Source of the DNA: a bacterium
GTDB lineage: Bacteria > Patescibacteriota > Minisyncoccia > Phycocordibacterales > UBA9973
Direction: 5' to 3'
Length of the DNA: 64,000 bases
Assembly (NCBI GenBank): GCA_021831595.1
Contig: JAKBMK010000025.1
Span: forward strand, 63,114 to 127,113
Part shown: piece after piece, positions 18,230-30,026 of the stretch
Layout: every line of letters begins with the position of its first letter
Position numbering within the stretch: the first letter of the stretch is position 1
Notes under the pieces: generated by a model
The model's database searches: none
Seen by the model: only the letters and a program-made list of their open reading frames with translations
What the model was told of the DNA's origin: nothing
Made by a program: the position numbers and the translations under genes

Positions 18230-18304
18230 ATAAAACAAACAAAACGACCCCATCTGTTTGGGGTCTTTTTGTTTGTTTTACGGAATTCATGGTATAGTAA
18301 TTTT

Positions 18305-18997
18305 ATGAAATTTCATGTAATTACACTTTTCCCTGAAATGTTCGACTCTTATTTGAAAGAGTCTATTTTGGGTCGCGCCATAAAAGAGAAGAAGATCTCT
18401 GTCTCTTTTGTAAACCCTCGTAAATTTGTGACTGGTAAGTATAGGAAAGTTTGGCCAGATGGAAATGTTTCCGCTCAAGTAGACGAACGTCCTTATGCTG
18501 GGGGTCCTGGAATGGTGATGATGGCTGAGCCGATAATCAGAGCAGTAGAATCTGTATCCAAAAAACTTTCCAAAAGTAAAAAAGCAAAAATTCTCACAAT
18601 AAATTTTGTTCCTTCTGCCGAAAAGTTTACTACTGAAGTTGCCAAGAAGATTTCAAAGAAATATACAGACATAATTTTAATTTGCGGACGTTACGAAGGT
18701 ATCGATGCTAGGGTAGATAAAATTCTTAAAACTACGAAATATTCAGTAGGGGATTATGTGCTGACTGGAGGGGAAATTCCAGCAATGATTTTGATAGATT
18801 CTACATCTCGACAAATCGAAGGGGTCCTTGGCAATTTTGACTCTCGCGAAGAAGAACGAGTCTCTAGTAGCGAAGTCTACACCCGTCCAGAAGTCTTAAT
18901 TCACAACAAAAAGAAGTATAAAGTCCCTGCTGTCCTTCTCTCTGGGGATCATAAGAAAATAGAGGAATGGAAAGAATTGACAAAAAAGGCAAAATAG
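18305..18997 (+). CDS. trmD: tRNA (guanine37-N1)-methyltransferase
   Basis: MKFHVITLFPEMF N-terminus and SPOUT-fold motifs. Start at ATG 18305, after terminator hairpin 18233-18280. Confidence 0.9.
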   Translation: MKFHVITLFPEMFDSYLKESILGRAIKEKKISVSFVNPRKFVTGKYRKVWPDGNVSAQVDERPYAGGPGMVMMAEPIIRAVESVSKKLSKSKKAKILTINFVPSAEKFTTEVAKKISKKYTDIILICGRYEGIDARVDKILKTTKYSVGDYVLTGGEIPAMILIDSTSRQIEGVLGNFDSREEERVSSSEVYTRPEVLIHNKKKYKVPAVLLSGDHKKIEEWKELTKKAK

Positions 18998-19119
18998 TAT
19001 AGGATAAGGCCCAGATTGAATAGATTGAGTTATGGCAAATCAATCCTCGTTTACTAATGTTTTAGCATAAAAAAGTGTTAAAAAATATCATTGCCAGTAA
19101 TTATAAATAAAAATTAATA

Positions 19120-19156
19120 CCGTGGTTTGGTCACCTCGGGATTTTTCTGTTTTTTA
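19120..19156 (+). terminator. possible attenuator hairpin (ccgtgg..cctcgg) plus T-run in the rpoB leader
   Basis: Imperfect 6-bp stem followed by gatttttctgtttttt, ~20 nt upstream of rpoB ATG. Confidence 0.3.
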
Positions 19157-19174
19157 GTGTTTTTATATTTTATT

Positions 19175-22100
19175 ATGAAAAAATCAGATACAGTTGTGAA
19201 GAAGTATTTCTCGCATTACAAGAAGCCGTTAGTAGAGTTTCCAAATCTAATCGAAGATCAATTGAATTCATTCAATTGGTTGGTAGAAAAAGGTATCAAA
19301 GAAGTTTTCAAAGAATTTTCTCCGATAAATGATTACTCAGAGAAAAAGTTTCAACTTGATTTTACTTCCTTCTCTCTTGGAGAACCAAAATTCGATGAAG
19401 AATATACCAAGCTCAACAAGCTTACTTACGAAGGACCACTAAAGGCCCGTGTTAAGCTCTTGAACAAGAGTATTGGAACTTCTAAAGAACAGGAAATATT
19501 TATGGCAGATGTACCGCTCATGACCAAGCACGGTACTTTTATCATAAATGGTGTTGAACGTGTTATCGTTGCTCAGCTTACTCGTTCATTCGGAGTATTT
19601 TTCACAGAGCAAGAAATGAAAGGCAAGCGTTATTTTGGAGCAAAGATAATTCCAGCTCGTGGTGTATGGATAGAAGTTGAGTCAGACACAGATGGTGCTG
19701 TATATGTACGTATCGACAAGAAACGCAAATTCTCTGTTGCTTCACTTCTACGCGTACTTGGACTTACTACAGATGAAGCCATGCTTAAAGCTTTTGGAGA
19801 CAATGAAGAAATATTGAAAGTTATCAAGACTTCTATAGAGAAAGATCCAGCTAAAAGTCTGCAGGATTCATACATAGAAATATACAAGCGTCTCCGTGAC
19901 GGCGATCTAGCTACTTCTGAAAATGCTAAGGAATTTATGAATATTTTGCTTTCAGAAGAGAGATATGACCTTTCTCCAGTTGGAAGATTCCGTTTCAATA
20001 AGCGTTTCGATAAGAATATGGATGAGAAAGAAATGGAACGTCGTACTATTTCAGTAGACGATGTTGTAACCATTGTAAAGAACATAATTGATCTAAATAA
20101 TGACCCTCATGCTAAAGGCGATGATATCGATCACTTGGGTCAACGCCGTGTTAGATATGTCGGAGAAATGTTCCAACAAAAAATCCGCACAGGTATGGCT
20201 CAGATCAAGAGAAATGTCCAAGACCGTATGTCGACAATAGATGTCGGTACGACAATGCCTATCCAGATAATAAACCAGCGACCACTTCAGGCTCGTATCA
20301 AGGAATTCTTCACTGCGAACCAGCTTTCTCAATTCATGAACCAAGAAAACGTAATGGCAGAAGTAGAGCACCTACGTATTCTCTCTGCTCTTGGTCCTGG
20401 AGGACTTACTCGTGAAAGAGCAGGTCTTGAAGTTCGTGACGTACACACTTCTCACTATGGAAGAGTTTGTCCTATACATACACCGGAAGGTCCAAACATT
20501 GGTCTTATTCTCCACTTATCAACTTATGCCAAAATAAACGAGTTTGGAATTATCGAGACTCCATATGTGAAAGTAAAGAACGGAAAGATTACAGGTGAAG
20601 TTGTATATATGAATGCTCTTGAAGAAGAGAGATACAATATTGCTCATGCTGGAACCGACTATGATGAGAATGGAAATATCAAAGAAGAAAAAGTAGAAGC
20701 TAGATTAAAGACAAAGCCTGGAATGGTTTCAAAAAATGAAGTTGACTTCATTGATGTAGCTACAAACCAAGCTTTCTCAGTGGCGACTTCTATGATTCCT
20801 TTCCTAGAACACGATGATGCTCACAGAACACTCATGGGAAGTAACATGCAGAAACAAGCACTTCCTTGTATTATTCCAGAAATACCACTTGTATCTACTG
20901 GTATGGAAGAACTTGCAAGTAAAGATTCTGGACGTTTAATTTTGTCAGAAGTATCAGGTGTCGTTTCCTATGTAGATGCAAAGAAAATATCAGTTAAAGA
21001 TGATAAAGGGAAAGAGCACCACTATCCACTCATTACTTTCTCTCGTACGAACAACTTCTCTATATTCCATCAACGCCCATCAGTTTCTCTTGGAGACAAA
21101 ATAAAGAAGGGTCAAGTATTGGCAGATACAAGTACAACAGACCATGGGCAAATATCACTAGGTCAGAATGCCTTGGTAGCATTTATGTCATGGGGTGGAG
21201 CAAACTACGAAGATGCGATTATTCTTTCTGAGAGATTGGTCAAAGATAGTAAATTTACAAGTATTTATGTTACTGAATTTATCTGCAATGTTCGTGATAC
21301 AAAGCTAGGTCCAGAGATAACAACTCGCGATATACCAAACGTTGGTGAGAATAAACTTAAAGATTTGGATGAGGATGGTATTATCGTTGTCGGAGCAGAA
21401 GTCACTGAAAATGATATATTGGTAGGTAAAATTACACCAAAAGGTGAGACAGAACTTACTCCAGAAGAAAGATTGCTTCGTTCTATCTTTACCGAAAAAG
21501 CTCGTGATGTGAAGGATACATCACTACGTCTTGAACATGGTAAGAAGGGTAGAGTTGTCGGTGTGAAGATATTCTCACGCGATCAAGGTCACAATCTAGA
21601 ATCAGGAATTATAAAGAAAATTATTGTTGAGATTGCACAGATTAGAAACATTTCAGTAGGAGACAAGCTTGCTGGACGTCACGGTAACAAAGGTGTTATC
21701 TCTGTTATCTTACCTGAAGAAGAAATGCCATTCATGGCCGATGGTACACCTGTAGATATTATTCTTACTCCACTTGGAGTTCCATCTCGTATGAACTTGG
21801 GACAGATTCTAGAAATGCATCTAGGTTATGCTGCTCACACACTTGGCTATCAAGCTATTGTACCTACCTTCTCTGGAGCAACAGTTCCAGAAATTAAAGC
21901 TGAACTTGTAAAAGCAGGAATGCCAGAATCAGGAAAGGTTACTCTATATGATGGACGAACAGGAGATGCTTTCGAGCAAGATATTGCTATTGGATACATG
22001 TATATGTTGAAACTTCACCACATGGTGGAAGACAAACTTCACATGCGTTCTATCGGTCCTTACTCACTTATTACTCAACAGCCACTCGGAGGTAAAGCTC

Positions 22101-22345
22101 AAGGTGGAGGTCAGAGATTCGGAGAAATGGAGGTCTGGGCTCTCGAAGGTCATGGTGCTGCTTACTCTCTACGTGAAATGCTTACAATCAAGTCTGATGA
22201 TATTATGGGTCGTTCACAGACATTCGACGCTATTATCAAGGGCAAACCAATCGGTGAACCAAATATTCCTGCTTCATTTAATGTTCTATTAAATTACTTG
22301 CGTGGATTATCTCTTGATGTGGATCTTAAAAAGTCGAAAGAATAA
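19175..22345 (+). CDS. rpoB: DNA-directed RNA polymerase subunit beta
   Basis: Conserved beta-subunit blocks throughout (GPGGLTRERAG, HYGRVCPIHTPEG, NMQKQALP, GRHGNKGV, EMEVWALE). Start at ATG 19175 (MKKSDTVV). Confidence 0.95.
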   Translation: MKKSDTVVKKYFSHYKKPLVEFPNLIEDQLNSFNWLVEKGIKEVFKEFSPINDYSEKKFQLDFTSFSLGEPKFDEEYTKLNKLTYEGPLKARVKLLNKSIGTSKEQEIFMADVPLMTKHGTFIINGVERVIVAQLTRSFGVFFTEQEMKGKRYFGAKIIPARGVWIEVESDTDGAVYVRIDKKRKFSVASLLRVLGLTTDEAMLKAFGDNEEILKVIKTSIEKDPAKSLQDSYIEIYKRLRDGDLATSENAKEFMNILLSEERYDLSPVGRFRFNKRFDKNMDEKEMERRTISVDDVVTIVKNIIDLNNDPHAKGDDIDHLGQRRVRYVGEMFQQKIRTGMAQIKRNVQDRMSTIDVGTTMPIQIINQRPLQARIKEFFTANQLSQFMNQENVMAEVEHLRILSALGPGGLTRERAGLEVRDVHTSHYGRVCPIHTPEGPNIGLILHLSTYAKINEFGIIETPYVKVKNGKITGEVVYMNALEEERYNIAHAGTDYDENGNIKEEKVEARLKTKPGMVSKNEVDFIDVATNQAFSVATSMIPFLEHDDAHRTLMGSNMQKQALPCIIPEIPLVSTGMEELASKDSGRLILSEVSGVVSYVDAKKISVKDDKGKEHHYPLITFSRTNNFSIFHQRPSVSLGDKIKKGQVLADTSTTDHGQISLGQNALVAFMSWGGANYEDAIILSERLVKDSKFTSIYVTEFICNVRDTKLGPEITTRDIPNVGENKLKDLDEDGIIVVGAEVTENDILVGKITPKGETELTPEERLLRSIFTEKARDVKDTSLRLEHGKKGRVVGVKIFSRDQGHNLESGIIKKIIVEIAQIRNISVGDKLAGRHGNKGVISVILPEEEMPFMADGTPVDIILTPLGVPSRMNLGQILEMHLGYAAHTLGYQAIVPTFSGATVPEIKAELVKAGMPESGKVTLYDGRTGDAFEQDIAIGYMYMLKLHHMVEDKLHMRSIGPYSLITQQPLGGKAQGGGQRFGEMEVWALEGHGAAYSLREMLTIKSDDIMGRSQTFDAIIKGKPIGEPNIPASFNVLLNYLRGLSLDVDLKKSKE

Positions 22346-22377
22346 TTAATCATAATATCAAAATCTAAAAAATATAT

Positions 22378-25300
22378 ATGAAAATAATAGATACAACAGA
22401 TTTCGACTCAATAACACTCAAACTAGCTAGTCCTGAGAGAATTAAAGAGTGGTCATATGGAGAAGTTACAAAACCTGAAACAATAAACTATCGTACAGGT
22501 CGCTCTGAAAGAAGTGGTTTGTTCGACGAAAGAATATTCGGTCCAGAAAAGGATTATGAATGTTACTGTGGAAAATACAGAAGAATTCGTTATAAAGATA
22601 TTGTCTGTGAGAAATGTGGAGTGGAAGTTACTCGCTCTATAGTTCGTCGCGACAGAATGGGGCACATTGAGCTAGCTTCTCCTGTATCACACATCTGGTT
22701 CCTACGTGGAGTTCCGTCTCGCATGTCTACACTCCTAAATATTTCAGTTTCAGATTTAGAAAAAGTTATTTACTTTGCTGGTTATATAATCATAAAAGTA
22801 TCAGCTGAAGAAAAGGAAACTATTACCAAGAATCTAGAAAGTGAATTTAAATCAAAAATTAAAAGTGCTGCTAGTGAAGAAGAAAAAGAAAAGCTAAAAG
22901 AATTACTTCTAAATACAAAGAGAGAAATAGCTGAAATCGTTCCAGGAAAAGTTCTAAATGAAATAGCATATCATCACTTTGGACTTAAATATGGAAGTTG
23001 TTTTGAAGCTAGTATCGGAGCAGAGGCTATCTACACTATCTTTAAGAACTTAGATTTGGAAAAGATTAAAGATGAAACGGCCGCAATGCTTCCAAAGGCT
23101 TCCAGTATTGATAAAGAGAAATTGGAGAAGAGAATGTCTCTCATTCGTTCTATGATACACTCAGGAATTCGTCCGGAATGGATGTTCCTTACAGCTATCC
23201 CAGTTATTCCTCCAGCACTTCGTCCTATGGTGGCTCTTGATGGTGGACGTCATGCTACATCAGATCTAAACGACCTATATCGCCGTGTTATTAATCGTAA
23301 CAATCGTTTGAAGAAACTTAAAGAGATAGGAGCTCCAGATGTAATTCTCCGTAACGAAAAAAGAATTCTGCAAGAAGCTGTAGATGCTCTTATAGACAAC
23401 TCAATCGCAAAACAAAATGATTCTCAAGCTACTTCTGCTTCTCAGAAGCGTGCTCTTAAATCACTTTCAGATAACCTAAAATCAAAACAAGGTTTGTTCC
23501 GTCAAAACTTGCTTGGTAAGCGTGTGGACTATTCAGGACGTTCAGTTATCGTTGTAGGACCTGGTCTTAAACTTAATCAGTGTGGTTTACCAAAACACAT
23601 GGCTCTTGAGCTCTTCCGTCCTTTCGTGATTTCAAAAATTCTTGAGACAGAACTTGCTTTCAACATCCGTGGTGCTAATAGACTTATAGAAGAAGGGGTG
23701 CCTGAAGTTTGGGCAATTCTCGAAGAAGTAATTCGTGGTAAATACGTTCTCTTAAACCGTGCTCCTACTCTTCACAGATTAGGTATTCAAGCTTTCAATC
23801 CTATTCTTATTGAAGGACATGCTATTCAAGTACACCCACTTGTTTGTGCAGGATTCAACGCTGACTTCGACGGTGACCAGATGGCTGTATATGTACCACT
23901 AGGAGACATGGCGCAAACAGAAGCTCGCGAATACATGGCTTCAAACAAGAACTTGCTCAAGCCTCAAGACGGTTCTCCTATCGTAATGCCAAAGATGGAT
24001 ATTGTTCTCGGTTGTTACTGGATGACAAAGTCTGTTGATGGTGAAAGAGGTGAGGGTATGGCCTTCTCAAGTCCAAACCAAGCTATCACAGCTTTTGACT
24101 TGGGTATAATTACTTTCCGCGCAAAGATTAAAGTTCTAGGTACTGATAAGGCTCGCTATTCTCGTTTTGAAAATAAGCCATTTGAAACGACAGTTGGAAG
24201 ACTTTTCTTCAACACTATTTTCCCGGATGATTTCCCATACTTAAATGAAGAAATTACAATCAAGCGTATGTCTCTTCTTGTAGATGAGCTTATAGTTCAC
24301 TATGGTATTGATGCGACACCAAAATTCCTAGATAAAATTAAAGATTTCGGTTATCAGTATGCTACTTATTCTGGAGTAACTTGGGGTATAGACAACTTGA
24401 AAGTTCCAGAAGGTAAGAAAGAAATTGTTGCTAAATTTAGAAAAGAAGAAGAAGTTGTTCGTGGCCAATTCGCTGATGGACTTCTATCTGAAGATGAACA
24501 ATATCAAAAAGTTATAGAGATATGGGAACATGCCAAGAAAGAAATTGAAAAGGAAATTCCTGCAACTCTTGATCCAAAAGGTTCAACTTACGACCTTATA
24601 ACATCTGGTGCTCGTGGAAGTATGGGATCTCTAATACAGATGTGTGGAATGAAAGGACTCATTGTGAATACATCAGGAGCAACTCTAGATTTCCCAATTA
24701 TTCCTTCATATATCGAAGGCCTCTCACCACTCGAATACTTCATTACAACTCACGGTTCACGTAAAGGTGCTGCCGATACGGCCCTAAACACAGCGAAGGC
24801 AGGTTATCTTACACGTCGTCTAGTAGACGTCGCTCAAGACGTTGTTGTGACAGAAGAAGATTGTGGTACTAAGAATGGAAAGAAAATCGTTGCAGTCGAA
24901 AATGCTTTTGCCAAGTATATCCACGGCCGAGTATTGCTCGCAGATATAAAAGATACTGATGGAACAGTTGTTTACAAAAAAGGAACTCTTATAATGAAAG
25001 AAGACGCAAGACGTCTAGAGAAAATGGGTATCAAAGAAGCTTTAGTTCGTACACCTCTTTCTTGTGAGACAACACATGGAATCTGTCGAGTATGTTATGG
25101 ACTAGATTTGGGAAGAAACTGTATGGTAGAGCTAGGTCAAGCTGTCGGTATTATTGCAGCGCAAGCTATCGGTGAGCCAGGAACACAGCTTACACTTCGT
25201 ACTTTCCACGCCGGTGGAGTCGCTACTGTCGACATTACTACAGGTCTACCTCGTGTTGAAGAAATTTTTGAAAGAAGAATTCCAAAGAATCCTGCAATTA

Positions 25301-25998
25301 TTTCACAAACTGATGGAGAAGTTATTGATATAACCGACAATGGAAAAGAAAAGATAGTTAAAGTTCTCTCTGATTCAAAATCAGATGGAAAGAAGAACGA
25401 AATGGAATATATAGTTGCCAATCGTCGTCAGCCTGTGGTTAAAATAGGATCACATGTTAAGAAAGGAGAATTAATAACTGATGGTTCTGCTGATATTAAC
25501 GAAATTGTTAAATATGGAGGTAAAGATATGGCAGAGGAATACATTGTAGATGAGATCAATAAGGTTTATGACCTACAAAGTGCTTCAATCTCACGTAAAC
25601 ATATTGAAATAATTATTCGTCAAATGTTCTCAAGAAAGAGAATTAAAGATGCAGGTGATACTACATTCTCTCCAGGAGAAATAGTAGAAAATATTGAACT
25701 TATAGAAGAGAACAAGCGTCTCGAGGAAGAAGGAGGTGGAACAGGAGCTACAGCAGGAACTATCGTTCTTGGTATTACCGAAGTATCTCTCACAACAAAG
25801 AGTTGGTTATCAGCTGCTTCCTTCCAAAACACAAATCGTGTCTTGATAAATAATGCTATACGTGGAGGAGTAGATAATCTAAGAGGGCTAAAAGAAAATG
25901 TTATCATCGGAGGTTTGATACCAGCTGGAACAGGTTTCGGTGTAGAACGTCCAACAAAAGAAGAGGAAGAAGTGAACGAAGAAAGTAGTGTTGCTTAA
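22378..25998 (+). CDS. rpoC: DNA-directed RNA polymerase subunit beta'
   Basis: Zn-finger [31 protein letters not shown] catalytic motif, bridge helix, trigger loop. Confidence 0.95.
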   Translation: MKIIDTTDFDSITLKLASPERIKEWSYGEVTKPETINYRTGRSERSGLFDERIFGPEKDYECYCGKYRRIRYKDIVCEKCGVEVTRSIVRRDRMGHIELASPVSHIWFLRGVPSRMSTLLNISVSDLEKVIYFAGYIIIKVSAEEKETITKNLESEFKSKIKSAASEEEKEKLKELLLNTKREIAEIVPGKVLNEIAYHHFGLKYGSCFEASIGAEAIYTIFKNLDLEKIKDETAAMLPKASSIDKEKLEKRMSLIRSMIHSGIRPEWMFLTAIPVIPPALRPMVALDGGRHATSDLNDLYRRVINRNNRLKKLKEIGAPDVILRNEKRILQEAVDALIDNSIAKQNDSQATSASQKRALKSLSDNLKSKQGLFRQNLLGKRVDYSGRSVIVVGPGLKLNQCGLPKHMALELFRPFVISKILETELAFNIRGANRLIEEGVPEVWAILEEVIRGKYVLLNRAPTLHRLGIQAFNPILIEGHAIQVHPLVCAGFNADFDGDQMAVYVPLGDMAQTEAREYMASNKNLLKPQDGSPIVMPKMDIVLGCYWMTKSVDGERGEGMAFSSPNQAITAFDLGIITFRAKIKVLGTDKARYSRFENKPFETTVGRLFFNTIFPDDFPYLNEEITIKRMSLLVDELIVHYGIDATPKFLDKIKDFGYQYATYSGVTWGIDNLKVPEGKKEIVAKFRKEEEVVRGQFADGLLSEDEQYQKVIEIWEHAKKEIEKEIPATLDPKGSTYDLITSGARGSMGSLIQMCGMKGLIVNTSGATLDFPIIPSYIEGLSPLEYFITTHGSRKGAADTALNTAKAGYLTRRLVDVAQDVVVTEEDCGTKNGKKIVAVENAFAKYIHGRVLLADIKDTDGTVVYKKGTLIMKEDARRLEKMGIKEALVRTPLSCETTHGICRVCYGLDLGRNCMVELGQAVGIIAAQAIGEPGTQLTLRTFHAGGVATVDITTGLPRVEEIFERRIPKNPAIISQTDGEVIDITDNGKEKIVKVLSDSKSDGKKNEMEYIVANRRQPVVKIGSHVKKGELITDGSADINEIVKYGGKDMAEEYIVDEINKVYDLQSASISRKHIEIIIRQMFSRKRIKDAGDTTFSPGEIVENIELIEENKRLEEEGGGTGATAGTIVLGITEVSLTTKSWLSAASFQNTNRVLINNAIRGGVDNLRGLKENVIIGGLIPAGTGFGVERPTKEEEEVNEESSVA

Positions 25999-26069
25999 CA
26001 ACCGGCATTAGTAATTAGGCTTTGGATCACACCTAAAGCCTAATATACTAGGGCTTAAAATCTAATAAT

Positions 26070-27827
26070 ATGTCATCATCAGTTCCGAAAATCAAAGAAA
26101 GGCTTTCTATTGTTGATGTAATCTCTTCATATATCCAAGTAGAACAATCAGGAAAGAATTTCAAAGCTAGGTGTCCATTTCATAATGAGAAAACACCATC
26201 TTTTTTCGTATCACCTGATAGAGGTACATACTATTGTTTTGGTTGTGGAGAAAAAGGCGACATTTTTTCTTTTGTTGAAAAATTTGAAGGGACTGATTTT
26301 ATGGGAGCACTCAAGTTACTAGCTGAAAGAGCTGGAGTTAAACTTGAATATGAAAAGGGCGATAAGGATAAAGACAAGAAGGAACTATATTTTGAAATAT
26401 TAGAAGAAGCTACAAAATTTTTCGAAATTAATTTTGAGAAAGATCCAAAGCCGCGTGCATATTTACTCTCTAGGGGTTTAAATGATACTAGTATAAAGAA
26501 TTTTCGTATAGGATTTGTCAGAGATGAATGGAGATCAACCTCTGATTATTTACTAGGCAAGGGTTATAAAGTTGAAGACTTGGAAGCAGTTGGGCTTGTG
26601 AAGAGAACAGAAAAAGGAACATATGATAGATTCCGTTCTCGTATAATGTTTCCTATAAGTGACTCTAGTGGTAGAATTATCGCTTTCTCTGGAAGAATAT
26701 TTGGCAAAGAAGATGCAGCCGAAGCGAAATATCTTAATTCTCCAGATACAATACTTTTTAATAAATCAAATGTTTTATTTGGTATAGATAAAGCTAAAAC
26801 TTCAATAAGAACTAGAGGATACAGTATTGTAGTTGAAGGACAGATGGATTTGATACTTTCTCATCAGATTGGTTTTACTAATACTGTTGCAGTTTCGGGT
26901 ACAGCTTTTACTGACAATGTTGTTGATAGTGAATCAAAAATAAACAACCTAGGGCTTATCAGACGTCTATCTCCAAATATTATTTTTGCTTATGATGGAG
27001 ATTCGGCTGGAATTCGTGCTGCCAGCCGTTCATCTATGATCGCTCTCTCACTAGACATGCAAGTAAAGATTGCTGTCCTACCAGAAGGGAAAGATCCAGC
27101 TGATACTATAATGGAAAATAATGATGCCTGGAAAGAAATAATAAAGAATGCGAAAGATACAATAACTTTTCATGTAGATAGAATTTGTCAGAATACAAGT
27201 GATATAAGACAAAGAGGAAAACAAGTTCGAGATATTATTTTTCCATTCTTAATGGTTATAAAAAGTTCAATAGATAAATCTTCATATATTTCTCTTATTC
27301 ATTCCAAGACTGGAATTCCTTCTAGTGCCATAATTGAAGATTTTGAAGTGTATGAGAAAACTCATCAAGTGAGTATTGGTAATGAAATGAATGTAAACAA
27401 TTTAGATAAGAAAAAAGATATAATTTCTAGACGAGAACATTTAGAAAAGAGATTATTTGGAATTATATTCTGGCAAGAAAAAGGAAATTTAGGTATTGAT
27501 ATAAACAATGCATATAAAATATTAGAAGAAAAGATAGGGAAGGAGACATTCCTGAAAATATGTGAAGTTCATGAACCCTGGAAAGATGCTCTCGCACAAG
27601 AGGCCGAAATGTGGTATGGTAACAGAATAAAAGATATCCCTAGGGATTTAGAGGAAATGATGCTTTCTTTAGAGGAAGAAATTCTAAATGAACGTTTAAT
27701 TTTATTATTAGATAAAATAAATCAGAGGGGGGATATGGTTGAAAATTTTGACCCTGGTCCAATCCTTAAAGATTATCAGAAAACAGTCGAACGTATAGAA
27801 GAAATAAAAGGATATAGATTTAAATAA
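26070..27827 (+). CDS. dnaG: DNA primase
   Basis: Zinc ribbon [30 protein letters not shown]. Toprim (VVEGQMD...YDGDSAG). Confidence 0.9.
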   Translation: MSSSVPKIKERLSIVDVISSYIQVEQSGKNFKARCPFHNEKTPSFFVSPDRGTYYCFGCGEKGDIFSFVEKFEGTDFMGALKLLAERAGVKLEYEKGDKDKDKKELYFEILEEATKFFEINFEKDPKPRAYLLSRGLNDTSIKNFRIGFVRDEWRSTSDYLLGKGYKVEDLEAVGLVKRTEKGTYDRFRSRIMFPISDSSGRIIAFSGRIFGKEDAAEAKYLNSPDTILFNKSNVLFGIDKAKTSIRTRGYSIVVEGQMDLILSHQIGFTNTVAVSGTAFTDNVVDSESKINNLGLIRRLSPNIIFAYDGDSAGIRAASRSSMIALSLDMQVKIAVLPEGKDPADTIMENNDAWKEIIKNAKDTITFHVDRICQNTSDIRQRGKQVRDIIFPFLMVIKSSIDKSSYISLIHSKTGIPSSAIIEDFEVYEKTHQVSIGNEMNVNNLDKKKDIISRREHLEKRLFGIIFWQEKGNLGIDINNAYKILEEKIGKETFLKICEVHEPWKDALAQEAEMWYGNRIKDIPRDLEEMMLSLEEEILNERLILLLDKINQRGDMVENFDPGPILKDYQKTVERIEEIKGYRFK

Positions 27828-27831
27828 TTTT

Positions 27832-29169
27832 ATGATAAAAAAACTTAAACAAAAAACAAAAAAGATTGTATTGAAAAAGAAAGCTGTTGTGAAAAAAGCA
27901 GTTAAAAAATCTGTAGCTAAAAAGCCAGTTAAGAAAGCTCTCAAGATGAAAAAAATTGCTAAAAAAACTACCAAGAAGGTGATAAAAAAAGTGGCAAAAA
28001 AGATAACTAAAAACAATAAGAGTAAGGCTAAAAAGGTAGTTTCCAAACCAAAAGTAAGACGAATGTCTGCTTCTAAGAAAGAGCAACTAGAAAAGAAACA
28101 ATTAGATCAAGAAGCAAAGTCTCTACAAATGATAGAGAAGGGTAAGAAGAGAGGCTTTGTGACGTATGATGAAATAATAAAAGAATTTCCTGATATAGAA
28201 ACAGATATACTTTTCCTCGACGAATTATATGAGCGTTTTGCTGTCGCTGGAATCGATGTTCTAGAAGGTGGTAATTTGCTCGATGTGACTGGAGATGTAG
28301 AGAAATTAGCTCTCAAATATAGTAAAGATGCCAAGACCTATGATTCTATTCAAATGTATTTGAAGGAGATAGGTCAGTATCCTCTAATTGCTGCAAATGA
28401 AGAGAGGGATTTGGCAAAGAGAATTGAGAAGGGGGATGTCGAAGCCAAGAATCTTCTTGCTCGTGCAAACTTGCGTTTGGTTGTCTCTATTGCTAAAAAA
28501 TATGTAGGGAGAAGTTCTGATTTAACACTACTTGATCTGATACAAGAAGGTAATTTAGGTTTGTTTAAGGCTGTTGAAAAATTTGACTGGACAAAAGGAT
28601 ATAAGTTTTCAACTTATGCTACCTGGTGGATTCGCCAATCAATCACTCGTGCTCTAGCCGACCAGTCTCGAACAATTCGTATCCCTGTTCACATGGTAGA
28701 AACTATTTCTAAATATAAACAAGTAGTACGTCGTCTTTCTCAAGATTTGGGACGTGAACCGTTAGTAGAAGAGATTGCAATGGAAATGAATTTGGAAGTA
28801 GAGAAAATCCATGTTATCGAGCAGATTAATCAGGAAACCGTCTCTCTAGAGCAACCAATAGGAGATGATGACGATAAGTCAACAAGAGGAGAATTCATTC
28901 CGGATGACAAGATTCTTCGTCCAGATCAAGACTCTTCTCGTAGAATTCTGTCTGATCAAATTAAAGAAGTACTCGATACTCTATCTCCAAAGGAAAGAAA
29001 AATATTGGAACTTCGTTATGGTCTTACAGATGGAGTGCAACACACTCTTGAAGAAGTAGGACAAGATTTTGGGGTCACTCGTGAGCGTATTCGTCAGATT
29101 GAAGCCAAGGTCCATGAGAAGCTTCGTAATAATGAAAAGATAGCGAGATTAAAGAATTATTTTGATTAA
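27832..29169 (+). CDS. rpoD: RNA polymerase sigma-70 factor with ~95-aa lysine-rich histone-H1-like N-terminal tract
   Basis: Regions 1.2-4.2 conserved ([54 protein letters not shown]). N-terminus [23 protein letters not shown]... Classic dnaG-rpoD order. Confidence 0.9.
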   Translation: MIKKLKQKTKKIVLKKKAVVKKAVKKSVAKKPVKKALKMKKIAKKTTKKVIKKVAKKITKNNKSKAKKVVSKPKVRRMSASKKEQLEKKQLDQEAKSLQMIEKGKKRGFVTYDEIIKEFPDIETDILFLDELYERFAVAGIDVLEGGNLLDVTGDVEKLALKYSKDAKTYDSIQMYLKEIGQYPLIAANEERDLAKRIEKGDVEAKNLLARANLRLVVSIAKKYVGRSSDLTLLDLIQEGNLGLFKAVEKFDWTKGYKFSTYATWWIRQSITRALADQSRTIRIPVHMVETISKYKQVVRRLSQDLGREPLVEEIAMEMNLEVEKIHVIEQINQETVSLEQPIGDDDDKSTRGEFIPDDKILRPDQDSSRRILSDQIKEVLDTLSPKERKILELRYGLTDGVQHTLEEVGQDFGVTRERIRQIEAKVHEKLRNNEKIARLKNYFD

Positions 29170-29216
29170 ACTAAAATAATAAAACACCCACATTGTGGGT
29201 GTTTTATTATTTTAGT
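29170..29216. terminator. bidirectional terminator between rpoD and convergent dsbA-like gene
   Basis: aaaacacccacattgtgggtgtttt stem with flanking A/T runs. Confidence 0.6.
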
Positions 29217-29218
29217 TT

Positions 29219-29941
29219 TTATAGATTGCTTGCTGGAGGTGTTGGTTTTGGATCCATAAGTCCAAATACTAGTTCTATGTATTTCCAGAATGCATCATTT
29301 CCTTTAAGTTTTGCAACACATTCAGATGCGACTAGCTTGTCCATTGAACCAGCATGTATAGGCCAGTGGCGGTACATCCAAGCAACTTGTCCATTTGATT
29401 CATCTACAACTTGCTTCATAGTTGTCTGGAAAGCTTTACAGTAAGGACATTCTAAATCTGAATATTCTATGACTACAACTGGAGCATTAGCATCTCCGTA
29501 TACATGATCTCCTTCTTCACTTAATACAACTTCACCTTTATAAGGAGCTGTAACCTTACCAGAGGCAACTTCAGAAATTGTTTTCTTTACCTGATCGATA
29601 GGGTAGGCTCCTTTAATCTCAGATTTAGAACCATTCTTTCCAATTACAATAGCGTAAGGGGTTCCTCTTTCTTCTGGCTTAAGAGCTTTCATTGCACTCT
29701 CTACACTTGCTGTTATTTTTGCTTGTAATGCTGTCTTGTCTGTACCAGAGACACAGGCATCAAAGTCTGCCTTTTTGACTCCTACTTGTTCAGACAAAGT
29801 TTTGTCTTTGTTACTTTCTGTTTTATTTTTACTTAAACCACTTCCTCCTCCGTTAGTTATTAATATACCTAACATGATAATAAATCCTGCAACTATTATA
29901 GCTGTAGGTGTGTTAATACTTAATTTTTTATCGTTTTCCAT
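29219..29941 (-). CDS. DsbA/BdbD-family thiol:disulfide oxidoreductase, N-terminally membrane-anchored
   Basis: CPYC active site (DLECPYCKAF), thioredoxin fold, N-terminal TM helix. Confidence 0.75.
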   Translation of the reverse strand: MENDKKLSINTPTAIIVAGFIIMLGILITNGGGSGLSKNKTESNKDKTLSEQVGVKKADFDACVSGTDKTALQAKITASVESAMKALKPEERGTPYAIVIGKNGSKSEIKGAYPIDQVKKTISEVASGKVTAPYKGEVVLSEEGDHVYGDANAPVVVIEYSDLECPYCKAFQTTMKQVVDESNGQVAWMYRHWPIHAGSMDKLVASECVAKLKGNDAFWKYIELVFGLMDPKPTPPASNL

Positions 29942-29987
29942 TCGCTTATTATATCACATTATCAAATTAAGCAAGTAAAATTTCATA

Positions 29988-30016
29988 TTGAAATGATTGG
30001 GTATTTGTGATATAAT
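29988..30016 (+). promoter_or_regulatory. sigma70 promoter TTGAAA-17-TGaTATAAT (extended -10) ending 10 nt before the GT2 ATG
   Basis: Hexamers and TG element read directly. ORF-track ATG 29997 lies inside the spacer, so it is unlikely to be the real start. Confidence 0.5.
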
Positions 30017-30026
30017 GCTTGTGTTT

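Noticed and set aside
19630-20371. ORF-track entries antisense to rpoB (151 aa, 92 aa)
   Set aside because: They lie entirely inside the strongly conserved rpoB reading frame on the opposite strand, with no motifs. Typical shadow ORFs.
27708-28086. Phe/Leu-rich 112-aa and 88-aa ORFs antisense to the start of rpoD
   Set aside because: Reverse-complement reading of the AAA/AAG-rich lysine tract gives TTT/CTT (Phe/Leu) runs. An artefact of composition.
29997-30026. ORF-track start of the GT2 gene at 29997
   Set aside because: That ATG lies in the spacer of the TTGAAA-17-TATAAT promoter, so it would be untranscribed. ATG 30027 was taken instead, with moderate confidence.
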